A DNA stretch of 63,869 nucleotides, counting the filler, from Reclinomonas americana ATCC 50394 (taxonomy: Eukaryota): assembly GCA_048213135.1 (NCBI GenBank). It is 7 parts of 2 records of this genome, joined end to end, with 100 filler letters (N's around TTAATTAATTAA, not from the genome) between each part and the next. Parts side by side here need not be neighbours in the genome. Positions count along the whole stretch, not along the records: positions 1 to 31,859 come from PS015039.1; 6 more parts are not named here. The stretch is one strand, 5' to 3'. Numbering within the stretch: position 1 is the first letter of the stretch; every line of letters starts with the position of its first letter. The notes under the pieces are model-generated. The model saw nothing but the letters and a program-made list of their open reading frames with translations. It had not been told where the DNA came from and did not search any database. A program made the translations under genes and the position numbers. Below are positions 17,901 to 28,798 of the stretch, piece after piece.

Positions 17901-20900
17901 TGCTGCTGCTGCTGCTGCTACCAGTGACCGCGTGGGGGCCTGGATCAGCTGGCGATTTGGCGCTCGAGGCGTCGCTGCTGTCCTTGAATTGCATCAAGCT
18001 CGCACTGATACCGGCAGAACTGGCCGTGCTCCGCACGCACAGAGTGGCATCGAGCAGTGAGCAGCGGAACACCGACAGACAGAGAACTGTGTCGAGCGAT
18101 GGCGGCGCCTCGATCTGCAGTAGTAGTTCTCCATTCTCTAGGTCGAACACTCGAACACCACCCTCACTGTCGCCGACGAATACGACACGATCGTCGGGCG
18201 AGATGGCCAACGCTGTCACCATGCGATTCGAGAGTGTGCTGGTCTGCGTAAAGTCCCACAGTAGCTCGCCGGTCTGGGTGCTGAAAACATGGCAGAGCGA
18301 GCCGGGACCGTGGCCACCCGTAACCACCAGCTCACCGTCGTGTGTAACCGCCATGGCATCACCAGCGGAGATGGAGACCGCCCCGCCGTCACTAATGTCG
18401 TCGAGACTTGGAATGGGCCACAGCAGCAGGCGACCATCCTGCGAGCCACTGATCACATGTCGACTGTCCATGGTGCCCTTGATGGTGTTGGTCGGCAGGA
18501 CATGCGCCTCGTACCGCCGATACACTTGACTACTGCCCGTCGCTGTGAGCGATACGTGACCGTCGGAGCCAGCAGCGGAAATCCAGTGACCGTCGGGTGT
18601 GAAGGAGATGGAGAGGATGTCGTCGTGTGCCTTGATTGTTTGCATACGGTCGCCAGTCAACAGCGACCAAACATAGATGCACCCATCGTCTGCAGCACCG
18701 ACAATCCTCTCTGCTTCCACTGACACATCAATGTCGTGAAACAGAGTCGACAGCGCCACGGTCTTGAGTGCAAACAATCGCCGCGCCTTCTTCAACGCCA
18801 CCTTGAGCAGATCCTTGCCACTGTCGCTGGACCGTTCGCATTCGTCCAGGCGCTGCATCACACCAGTAGAGTACACAGCCGTCTCCTTCCCAACGCCTCC
18901 AATAACAAGCAGATCACCGATCGAGCATCCAGCACAGCGTGCAGTCACAGGCAACGAGTTCCCTTGCAGCGGAGGCACACAGCGCATCGCAAAAACGCCA
19001 TTGTCGGTTGACAGCGACCATTGCTTCTCACCCGTTTCCACTGAAATGGCCCGAACCCCGTCGTCGTGACCGATCATCAGCGTGCGCCCGTCGGTGGAGA
19101 ACACCAGCGCCGAAATTCGGCCAGGCTTGTCAGGGCAGCCCGCATTGGGCGGTATTCCCGAGCGGCGCTCCCACTGCGGCAAATCCCACACGCCAACGTG
19201 GCCGGGTACATCGCCGCCAGCAGCCAGCATGCTGCCATCAGGAGACAGAGCCAGGGCGTGCGCGCTGCATTCGAATGGGTTCTTCAACCGGAACGTCTCG
19301 TGCCCGTCAACCAGGTGCCACATGACAATGTCGCCATTGTTGTGACCGCTGATCACCACCTCGCGGTTCGACCAAGCCGGATGGGCAACAACCGAACAGA
19401 GAACGGCCAGGTTGCATCGCATGCGCGACGGATACGGCAGCTTGGCATCGGTCATGTCGGCCTCTGAAAAATCAGTGTCGACGCAAAACGCCGTGTCCAA
19501 TGCCACATGCCGCAGGTCGGACCTCGCCAAGCTCGCGCGCTGCAAATTGGCGGTGGAGAGATCGGCATACGGAATGCGAATACCGTCCAGAATACGACCG
19601 GAGAAGGACACGTGCGCTCGGCACAGAATGGTGGCCGAGTTCGAGGCAATTGTCGCCAGCGACGCGTCTTCTCGCGAGGCGGCAATCACTCGCCACAGTC
19701 GCTGCTGCATGCGCTCGTTGCGGCGCACGCGCTCCGCAATCTGCGCCGTCAGACTCGTGTACCGCAACTCGGAGATGAAGTGGACATTCAGCACGTGTGC
19801 GCGCAGATCAATGTGACCGGAGAGCGTGTCAAAGTAATCGAGGTCCCACGACTTCAGCGCAAATACGTGACGCGCCAGGCAGTATTCGAGCAGCGACGGG
19901 TGCAAAAATGCCCACGCGCTGGTTCCCTGCCGTTGCACAATGGCACTGCAGTCGCGAATGGATCTGAGAGCGTCCGTCATGTACGGCAGAAAATCGACAC
20001 CCGTTGCACGAGTGGTTCCGCGAATGTGCATCATGGCCGCCAGCGACTCCAAGAAAGTAAAGCACAGGTCCGTATTCGGCCGTTGGTTGGGCGGCCGGCG
20101 ATTGCGTTCGCGCGCGATCCACTCGCGCACGAACACGTTCAGCACGTCCACTCGCAGCAGACGGCCGGCACGTACCGACATGGCCACGCGACCATCAATA
20201 CTGGCTGCAGGCACACCCTGGCGTCGACCGGCCGCGCCTTTCTTCTTTTGCTTCTCCAACAGTTGCGGCAGCACTTGTACCATGGTGGACAGCATGAACG
20301 GCGACGACTTGAGCACATCGGCGCCGTGCAGCGCCGCCAGCGCAACACGCAGATCGTCCAGCACTCTCCACGGAGATCGGGAGTTGGACGAAAGCGACGG
20401 CGGCGACGACAGTGCCGCAGCAGCGGAGGAGACCTCTGAGACAGGCATGTCGTCACCGGCCAGCAGCTGGCTGTTGCGAGTGCACATTGCCATGTAGTGC
20501 ACCAAGTACTCCTCGATCTGCGCTGGCGAGAACGGCACCAAATGTCGCACCACAAGACCGGAAAACGCAGACTGCAAGCTGGAGGCCCGTGACGAGGACT
20601 CGGCCGGTGCCGGCCTCTCGTCACCCTCGATCGGACTTGATTGGGGCTGCTGGTCAGCCACTGCATGCTGCTGTTCTTGCTGGAGCTGCTCACCGTTCTC
20701 GCCGCCGACCTGCACGGGAGCCAGCGACGCAGGTGGCGCGAACACATGTGTGTAGCCCGCGACCAGTCCGTCGGCAAAGTCACTGCGGCAAGTGATGATG
20801 ATTTTGACGTCGTCATATTGCGCGAGCTGTATGAGAGAACGCGTGGTGAGTGTGACGATGCATGCATGTGGTGGTGGCTCTGAGGCCGAACCTGGTTAGT

Positions 20901-23900
20901 GACAAAGAGATTGGCTGGCCGTTCCATGTCCTGCTGCCACTCGTCATAGCCATCGCACAGCAGCAGCAGGGGCAAATGTCGCAACTGCTGCACGTCATCC
21001 TCCTTGATGAATGGGTGCAGCTGCATGAGAGTTCCGGCCACAAGGTTGGTGGCCGGTTGCTGCAGGCTGGCCAGCGAAACACGCAGCGGCAGGCGTGCGG
21101 TGCCATCTGCGTGCTGCGCCAGCATCCGATTGGCCAGCACCGCCAAGCTCAGACTCTTACCGCTGCCGCCGTCACCGAGAACGAGCATTACACGTGCCGC
21201 TGGATCGGCCAGGAAGGTTTCAAACTGCACATCCACGAATGAGAAAGGCAATACTTAATGGTTCACAAAAATGCACAGTTACTACAGAAAGGAAGACAGT
21301 GTGCGGTGACCCTGACCGACACACAACACACCTCGTTCTGCAAACTCCTCTTGTCGGCGGCAAGCCTGGATGCTACGCACTCCAACGGAACATACAGCTC
21401 CAGTTCGCGTTGCATCTGCGGATTGTGCTGCAACTGCCAGGACTGTCGTTCGACAACTTGCGCCAGCTTCGCCTCCAAAGTGGTATACTGCACCAAGGTG
21501 TCGAACGGATCTGCAGCGTACATACGAGTGAGTCGCGCACGGCGTGGATGATGAAGCTCCACTGAGAGACAAAAGAGCGCTCACCACAACGGTACCGCTG
21601 CAGTCGGTCGAACCAACGCGGACTTTCCGCGTCACTGGGCACCTGCACCTCGAGGATGTGCAGGTACTTTGCCAGTTGCTCAAAAACGTGCTCCATGGCT
21701 TCGGCAGTGGACAGCTCCTCGTGGAACACACTGTTACGGATGTCTCTCATGCCCGCCACCGCGTCTCTCTGCCGTCCACAGTAAGCACAGCGAAAAAGAA
21801 GACTTTGACTGACTACGAGACCGCGATTCGCACACACGTACCACCACGGCGTCTGGCTCCAACAGCAACACAGTGCGGTCACAATGAATCGTGTTGTCCC
21901 AGTAACTCGCGATTGCTTCGTCGGCCGGGCGCACCGCCACGCGGCTGGGCAAGCGGTATCCGAGGAAGCAGATGAGCGACGACAGGAAGGTGAGTTCCAT
22001 GGAATCCGCATTGGCCTCCTCATCGAGCAATCGCAGTTGCTCCATTATCACGTCGCGAGATTTACCGGCAGAGGCCTGTGGACGGCAAGACTTGAATTTC
22101 TTGCCATCATCTGACGCGGTCCACCAGTATCTGCGATGTGTCGTTGTGTATCAGAATCCAGTGCAACGCCCACGGGTGGAGAAGAAGAGAAGCGCATGGC
22201 CAAACCTCCAGTCATGGTCCGAGAGAGCTGCAGGATCTCGGTCGGGTACAATCAGCCGGTAATCGAAAGGTGGCGACTCGCTTGCCGTGCGCCTCTTGAA
22301 GTCACGATACCGGTGTACTGCGTGAAACCGCAGTGCCGGAAGCACAACCTGACTGATGGCGCAGTCCAATCGCAACCACAGCTCGCGTTTGCGACTGTGC
22401 AATAATCGGGAGTTGAGAATCATGAAAGTAGACAAGCAAGCAAGAGATGCGGCACGTACCTTGCGGCCACACTCGCCGCGTGTGCCGACTTGCTGTCGGT
22501 GAGAGCTGCGCCAAGACTCACAGCCCACTCTGCGTAGCCAGCGGTTGAAGAATCAGCAAGTGACAAGAACACAATGAAATCATGACAACGGCGACGAAAC
22601 TGTCAAAGCACGCCAGCGGCGTAGTGTGCGCCAAGTTGCGCAGAGCAGATGTGATGTTGTTGCCGGCCAAGGCCATGGTAAACGCCTGGTCCACCATGTA
22701 GTAGGTGTCCGGTAATGTGCACAGCAGGAACGGCACAAAGAGGCGGCGTGAGGCCCATTGGCGCATCATGTCCATGATGCGGCGCATGCCAATGTCCGGT
22801 GACCACGGCGCTATTGTGCCAAGAGCCGGCGACGGTGATGCGTCGTCGCCCGCTGACCTCTCGCGGTCCGCTTCAGCACTGCCGCCGAGAGCGAGCGCGT
22901 GTTGGCCGCGCTTGGGAGCGCCAGCAACTGGCAGACCCTCCAACAGATTGGCGTCTGCCTCGTCAACTCGAGCGGCGCGTGGAAAGTGGATCTCCCACTC
23001 GCGACTGATGGTCACTAGTTGCGCGAAGCGGCTGGCCCACGTGAGGCACTCGTCGACAGACGGAATCGACCCGGGTTGGCCAGCTTGGATGATGCGCTCC
23101 CGCTCCGACACCATCCACGAAGCGAGAACGCCACAAACGTGTTCCCACGAACCAAACGACCCTTGAAATTGGTCCACGGCGGCCGCCGCAATGTGTGCAA
23201 AGCACTCGGTCAACAGCGCAGGCAGGCGACACAGCGCCAACAGTGCCGGCGACGCTTGCAACAGCGTCAGTTTGCTGATGGCACTGGCGCCAATCTCCAC
23301 CACCGGACTCGAATCATCGTTGGAGAGCTGCAGCTCGTCAATGGCCGACACCAACTCATCGTCGGCAAGTGGCAACAAAAGACGCTGGACAAGCCACTGC
23401 TGGTGTACGAGCGTGCCGGCCACTGCTGTCGGCCACATCACTTGCACGTAGTCGTCCTCGGAGGTGCCGAGTTGAGCCGCATACTCTGGTCGGCACACGA
23501 TGATGACCTTGACGTTCTGGTACTGCAACAACTGCAGGCGCCACGGGCAGACGGGTCAGCAGCAGAAGATATTGAAAAAATGACACACCTCGAGCACACA
23601 CAACGCAACTCCGTCTCTGGTAAAAATGTGCTCCTCAATGTTGGCGCTGTCAAAGCCGTCGACGAGCAGCAGCAGCGGCTGTTGGCGCAAACGATCGACA
23701 TCACTGGCCGAAAAGTCGCCCGAGTACAACTTGAGCGCCTCCGGAAGCAGTTGACTGCGCAGGCGATCCGCCGGCAGCTGCAACAGGTGCAGCGGAATGT
23801 ACACTGGCACTCGGCACTGCGAAAGCCTCTCCGACGTGTCGCCCTCGTGAAGAACGCGGCGAGCCAACTCCACCGTGGTGCGAGCCAGCACGTGTGATTT

Positions 23901-25190
23901 GCCGCTACCCGCGGCGCCAAACAAAAGCATGACGTGCGCTTTTTGGTTGGCCAAAAAGGTGCGCACCTGCCCGGACGAAATTCGATGACGGCGTCAGGTC
24001 CCATGCAACAAACACGCACACACACACACACACACACATCAGCAGCAGCGCTCACCTCATGAGCCACAGGCGCTCGATGATCGCGAGCATCTGGCGCGGC
24101 GCAGGAAACATCGAATGTGCACTGCACAGCGTCCTCGAACCTCGCCAGTTGCGAGTCGCACAGACGACGGACCTTGCCGTCAAAGTCCGACAGCATGGCG
24201 CTCACATCGCCGTGCATGATGCGATCGATTTCGCCGTACCAGTGCGAGTTGACAGTGACGTTGCACGAGGCCGCCAGTTCGCGCACACTGCGAACCAGGT
24301 CGTTCATGGTGTTGTTAAATTGGTCGTCGGTGAGACCAATGGACTCGGCGTGCACGATTTCGTTGCGGATCTGCTGCACGCAGTGAAACGCCAGTCTCTG
24401 TGGGGGAGGTGGACAGGAAGGGAAAGGGGAATAGACGGAGAAAGAGGAGGAGGGGGAAGAGGGCAATGAGAGAAAGCATGAGCGCAGGGAACGAGTGAGA
24501 TAAAGAGGAGACTTGCACGCACCGCTGGCTTGTCGGGCACCAACAGCACAGCTGCACGCTCCCGCTGGCACTCGGCGTCCCACAACTTGGCTTTGTCTGT
24601 GGTTTTCGGCTCTGTCGCGTACGCCTTCACCGGTCGATATCCAATGAGCTGCGCGCAATAATTCGCCGCCGTGATATCCAGATCGGCCGCAGACCCAGTC
24701 CTGAACAGCGTCTCCCACGCCGCCTTTTGCTCGGCTTGCTTGAGCTTGGAGCGCACACGGTACTCGGTGCCGTCAGCCTTGTGCACAACTCGATATCTGC
24801 GCAAAGGAGGCGAGTGCGTGAGCCATGCTGCGGGGAGGGATTAGGCTCGGAATAATGTGTGTGAGTGAGATGTACCTCCACTGCAAGTCAGGCGGCAGTG
24901 GTTTCGGATCAACAAAGTAGGTCGCATCGATCCGCACGGGAAGCGCGGTGTCGTCGAGAAGCACCTCTTGGCGGAACTTGATCACTGCCTGCTCGAGGTA
25001 GGCGCGCAGCACACGGAGAGCCGACTGCAGCGTGGCCAGGTGCAAGCGCAGTGCATTTTGTAACTTTCTGTGTTCGGTGGCCTGTGTGAGAACGAGCGGA
25101 GATCATCACTGCGCTCGAACACGAACGCGATCACCGTTGTGGGTCAACTCCGTCGTCGACCGGGGAGGGTGGAGGCACGTGTGGCCAGCT
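11931..25190 (-). CDS. Giant NLR/STAND-like protein: HEPN(DZIP3-like)-NACHT-HEPN-NACHT-pentapeptide-WD40-ankyrin repeats-TPR; true start upstream (unresolved, ~25200-26100), last exon approximate
   Basis: Two P-loops (VMLLFGAAGSGKS, VMLVLGDGGSGKS), Walker B (LLLVDGFDS, LLLCDGYDE), KVIIVCR/KIIITCR, FLHPSLLEY, pentapeptide ADLSTANLQRASLARSDLR, WD40 repeats, many TPLHxAA-type ankyrins and TPR helices (GHAAIDAGDYAQALRCFQHAL). Manual splicing keeps the frame from HEPN1 through NACHT2 into the ankyrins; a few distal junctions are uncertain. Confidence 0.85.
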
Positions 25191-26205
25191 GCAGAACAGA
25201 GGGAGAGGGAGGGAGAGGGAGAGAAAAGGAGGAAGAGAGAGGGCGAGAGCGATTGACGGAAACAGTGAGTTAGACAAGCAAGCACAGAGAGAGAGAGAGG
25301 AGGGAGGGAGGGAGAGAGTAGGGAGGGAGAGGGAGAGAGAGGCACACACGCGCACACACACTGACAGACCCGCTGCCACTTGCACTGTCACTTCGGGGAA
25401 ACGAGTGATCAATGGGTGCCTGTGCACACACATACAGCAAGTGAGCGGATGAGTGTCGCGCGCGCACACACACACATACACTTTGAAGGTGGAGACGCAC
25501 TGGTGTTGGGAAGGGAGAGGCTGAGACACCGGGTGAGGGCGGTGGAATGCGGTATGTATCGGGAGAGCTGCAGAGAGACAGGCAGTGAGAGAGAGAGAGA
25601 GCAGTGAGAGAAGTTGGAGAAGGTGTGCAGTGGGCGAAACTCGAGTGGGTTCATTGTCGACAGAGGGTGCTGTGAGAATCGGTGTCTCCGCACAGAAAGA
25701 GAGAGAGATTCGATGTTCGAGACACTCCAACCAAGCAATCCGAACGCGATCCGGACACGCTGTTGGTGGCAGCCAAAGAGCAAGTACAGAAGGCTTGTGC
25801 GACTACTCGGAGTCTATAGTGCGATTGGCGACGAAATGCCATGCGTTGGACTTCGATTTTTTCGATATCATCGACGTCGACGTCGCTGGAATCCTCGCGC
25901 TCACCGACGAATGCTTCTTTCGTTGGCGCTCTTGGAAATAGCAAAGTGTAAAACGCAGCAACAGGGTGCCTGATGTGGCGTGTGTGTTTGCATTCGTGCA
26001 CAGGCTGCGATGGAGTGAACGTCGGGATCATGCCGGCTTGCGCGTCGAAAATCATAACGGCCATGCTCTCCTGTAAGAGAGGAAGCAGAGCACTAGGGAA
26101 TGTAGGTGCCACGTACGCCGCACGTGCAGCACGGACGAGGAAGGTTTTGACAGGGGACGCGCAGGACTTCACACACACCGTCTTCTCTCTCACGAATCGA
26201 AAGCC

Positions 26206-26690
26206 ATGAACGTGCCCGCGCTGATTGACCCTGTTGTGCGTACTCTAGCAGCTGTGTGTTGTGTCTGTGTGTATGCTGTATGCGTGTGGGGGTCAATGTA
26301 TTCGCTGCAGTCAGATTCATGTTCTCACTCACTCTCTTTCTCTCCATCTCTCGCGTGCAGGGCCCTCTGGGTGGCCAGTTGCGTGCACACATGCTGTGCT
26401 CAACGCACAGCCAATCATAATATCTCTCTCATACAATCACTCGCTCCCTCTATGTCTATCTCTGTCGCAGCTACTCGGTGTTGCCTGGCATGGTGAACAG
26501 TGCCGACAACATGACCGCTTCCTCTCAGCAGTATGGCGTGCCCGGATACGGCTCGGATGGTGAGCGAAGAGCCTCTCCAACATCGAGTTGATGTGTTATC
26601 CGAATCTCATGCGTTTTGTTGGCAGTGTTGGGCTCGCTGCAGACCATTTCGCAGAACACGCAGGACTTCATGGCGGAGAATGGCATCTGA
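26206..26690 (+). CDS. 66-aa microprotein, copy 1 (exons 26206-26235, 26361-26377, 26471-26559, 26626-26690)
   Basis: GT-AG splicing gives MNVPALIDPVGPLGGHYSVLPGMVNSADNMTASSQQYGVPGYGSDVLGSLQTISQNTQDFMAENGI*. Exons are conserved with copy 2; introns have diverged. Confidence 0.8.
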
Positions 26691-26772
26691 AAGAGTCTTC
26701 CCCGTGCTGCGCAATTAATGAAACACCAACAGACTGACTGCACTCGATCACGTAACGATACGATACGATACG

Positions 26773-27299
26773 ATGAACGTCCCCGCGCTGATTGACCCTG
26801 TTGTGCGTGCACTTACGAAGCAGCACTTCTTGTTCTTGAGTGTGTGCGTCTAGTCAGTGTTCGATCAACCTGGTTACTTGCTTCAAGATCAGCAGCCGAC
26901 TCTCTGTCTCTCACTCACTCTCTCGCTCTCTCTCTCTCTCGCTGTGTGTGGATGCGGGTGTGTGTTTGTAGGGTCCTCTCGGTGGCCAGTTGCGTGTGTT
27001 TCGCTGACCACTCGACGTCACATCCGCTGTCTCGCTCACGCACATTCTCTCCTCTCTCCGCCTGCGGTCGCAGCTACTCGGTGTTGCCTGGTTTGGTGAA
27101 TGGTGCCGACAACTTCAGCGCAGCCTCGCAGCAGTATGGCGTAAGTGGGTTTGGCGCAGATGGTGAGCCACAATGCCATGCTCACATGCATAATCATCTG
27201 GACGCTGATCATCGTGAACTTCTTGCTGGTGCAGGCATGGCTTCTCTGCAAAACCTTTCGCAGAACACGCAGGACTTCATGGCGGAGAATGGCATCTGA
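26773..27299 (+). CDS. 66-aa microprotein, copy 2 (exons 26773-26802, 26972-26988, 27074-27162, 27235-27299)
   Basis: MNVPALIDPVGPLGGHYSVLPGLVNGADNFSAASQQYGVSGFGADGMASLQNLSQNTQDFMAENGI*. Exon lengths 30/17/89/65 nt are identical to copy 1, with synonymous and conservative changes. Confidence 0.8.
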
Positions 27300-28417
27300 G
27301 AGAGTCTTTGCAATTGTTCACTCTCCCATGCCAGTTGCCACTTATTTGCCTGTGGAGTACTAGTGAACCGGAATCCCCCCCTCTTGATTGACTACCAGAG
27401 AGTTTTTCGGAACAGTTGAGGTGCAGCGCTGCGGAGGAACCCAGACGTAGGACTCGGAAGAAGGGTCGATCGCAGAGTCTGTTCTCGCTTACGAGCAACA
27501 ACATCACGGTGTCTGCGCAGCGGTATGCCGACCCCTTGCAATTGTTGTTCTGTTGATTTTCACTGTGCAGCCACCGGTCAGTGGCTGCCACAGTGTTGAA
27601 GTCACTGCAGCTGCTGCTGCAACAATGACGACGACAACAACAACAACTGCGCCTACCACCTGCTCAAGCCACCACCGATATGAGCCTCACCAACAACATG
27701 ACAAGCTCTCTTTTATTTCAACCACGTCACACCTCCACTGCTTTGCTTTGCCTGTTTCACGGATCCNNNNNNNNNNNNNNNNNNNNNNNNNNNNNNNNNN
27801 NNNNNNNNNNNNNNNNNNNNNNNNNNNNNNNNNNNNNNNNNNNNNNNNNNNNNNNNNNNNNNNNNNNNNNNNNNNNNNNNNNNNNNNNNNNNNNNNNNNN
27901 NNNNNNNNNNNNNNNNNNNNNNNNNNNNNNNNNNNNNNNNNNNNNNNNNNNNNNNNNNNNNNNNNNNNNNNNNNNNNNNNNNNNNNNNNNNNNNNNNNNN
28001 NNNNNNNNNNNNNNNNNNNNNNNNNNNNNNNNNNNNNNNNNNNNNNNNNNNNNNNNNNNNNNNNNNNNNNNNNNNNNNNNNNNNNNNNNNNNNNNNNNNN
28101 NNNNNNNNNNNNNNNNNNNNNNNNNNNNNNNNNNNNNNNNNNNNNNNNNNNNNNNNNNNNNNNNNNNNNNNNNNNNNNNNNNNNNNNNNNNNNNNNNNNN
28201 NNNNNNNNNNNNNNNNNNNNNNNNNNNNNNNNNNNNNNNNNNNNNNNNNNNNNNNNNNNNNNNNNNNNNNNNNNNNNNNNNNNNNNNNNNNNNNNNNNNN
28301 NNNNNNNNNNNNNNNNNNNNNNNNNNNNNNNNNNNNNNNNNNNNNNNNNNNNNNNNNNNNNNNNNNNNNNNNNNNNNNNNNNNNNNNNNNNNNNNNNNNN
28401 NNNNNNGTGCGTCAAAT

Positions 28418-28575
28418 CCACTGTTCAACCACGCTTATGCGGTGAAGATTGCGGCTCTCGACTTGTGCGAAGCTCCATGAGCAAACTTACGAGGTCAACA
28501 ACACTTACGATCTATACACAGATCAAGACAGCTATTGATTGTTGTTGGTGAATGAATTGTTGTTGTTGTTGTTGG
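28418..28575 (+). repeat. Dispersed intergenic repeat, module B copy
   Basis: Similar to 40812-40990 (TGCGGTGAAGAT...TCTCGACTTGT...; ATCAAGACAGCT...TTGTTGGTGA..GAATTGTTGTTG). Confidence 0.7.
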
Positions 28576-28798
28576 AAGAACACGTGCGCATTGTCTGTGG
28601 GTTCGAATTCGAACATACTCGACAGCACCGTGGCCCCTTTGTCATCAACTCCTCGCGCACTGCGTATCTGGAAGCAGTCTTTGGCTGTCTTTCCGCTCCA
28701 ATCGCGAGCACTCACTGGATCGCGTCCATCATTGCAAATTAATTGTTCACCTTTTTCGGCGCGCGCGCACATGCGCATGCACAACGACAGCGCGCACA

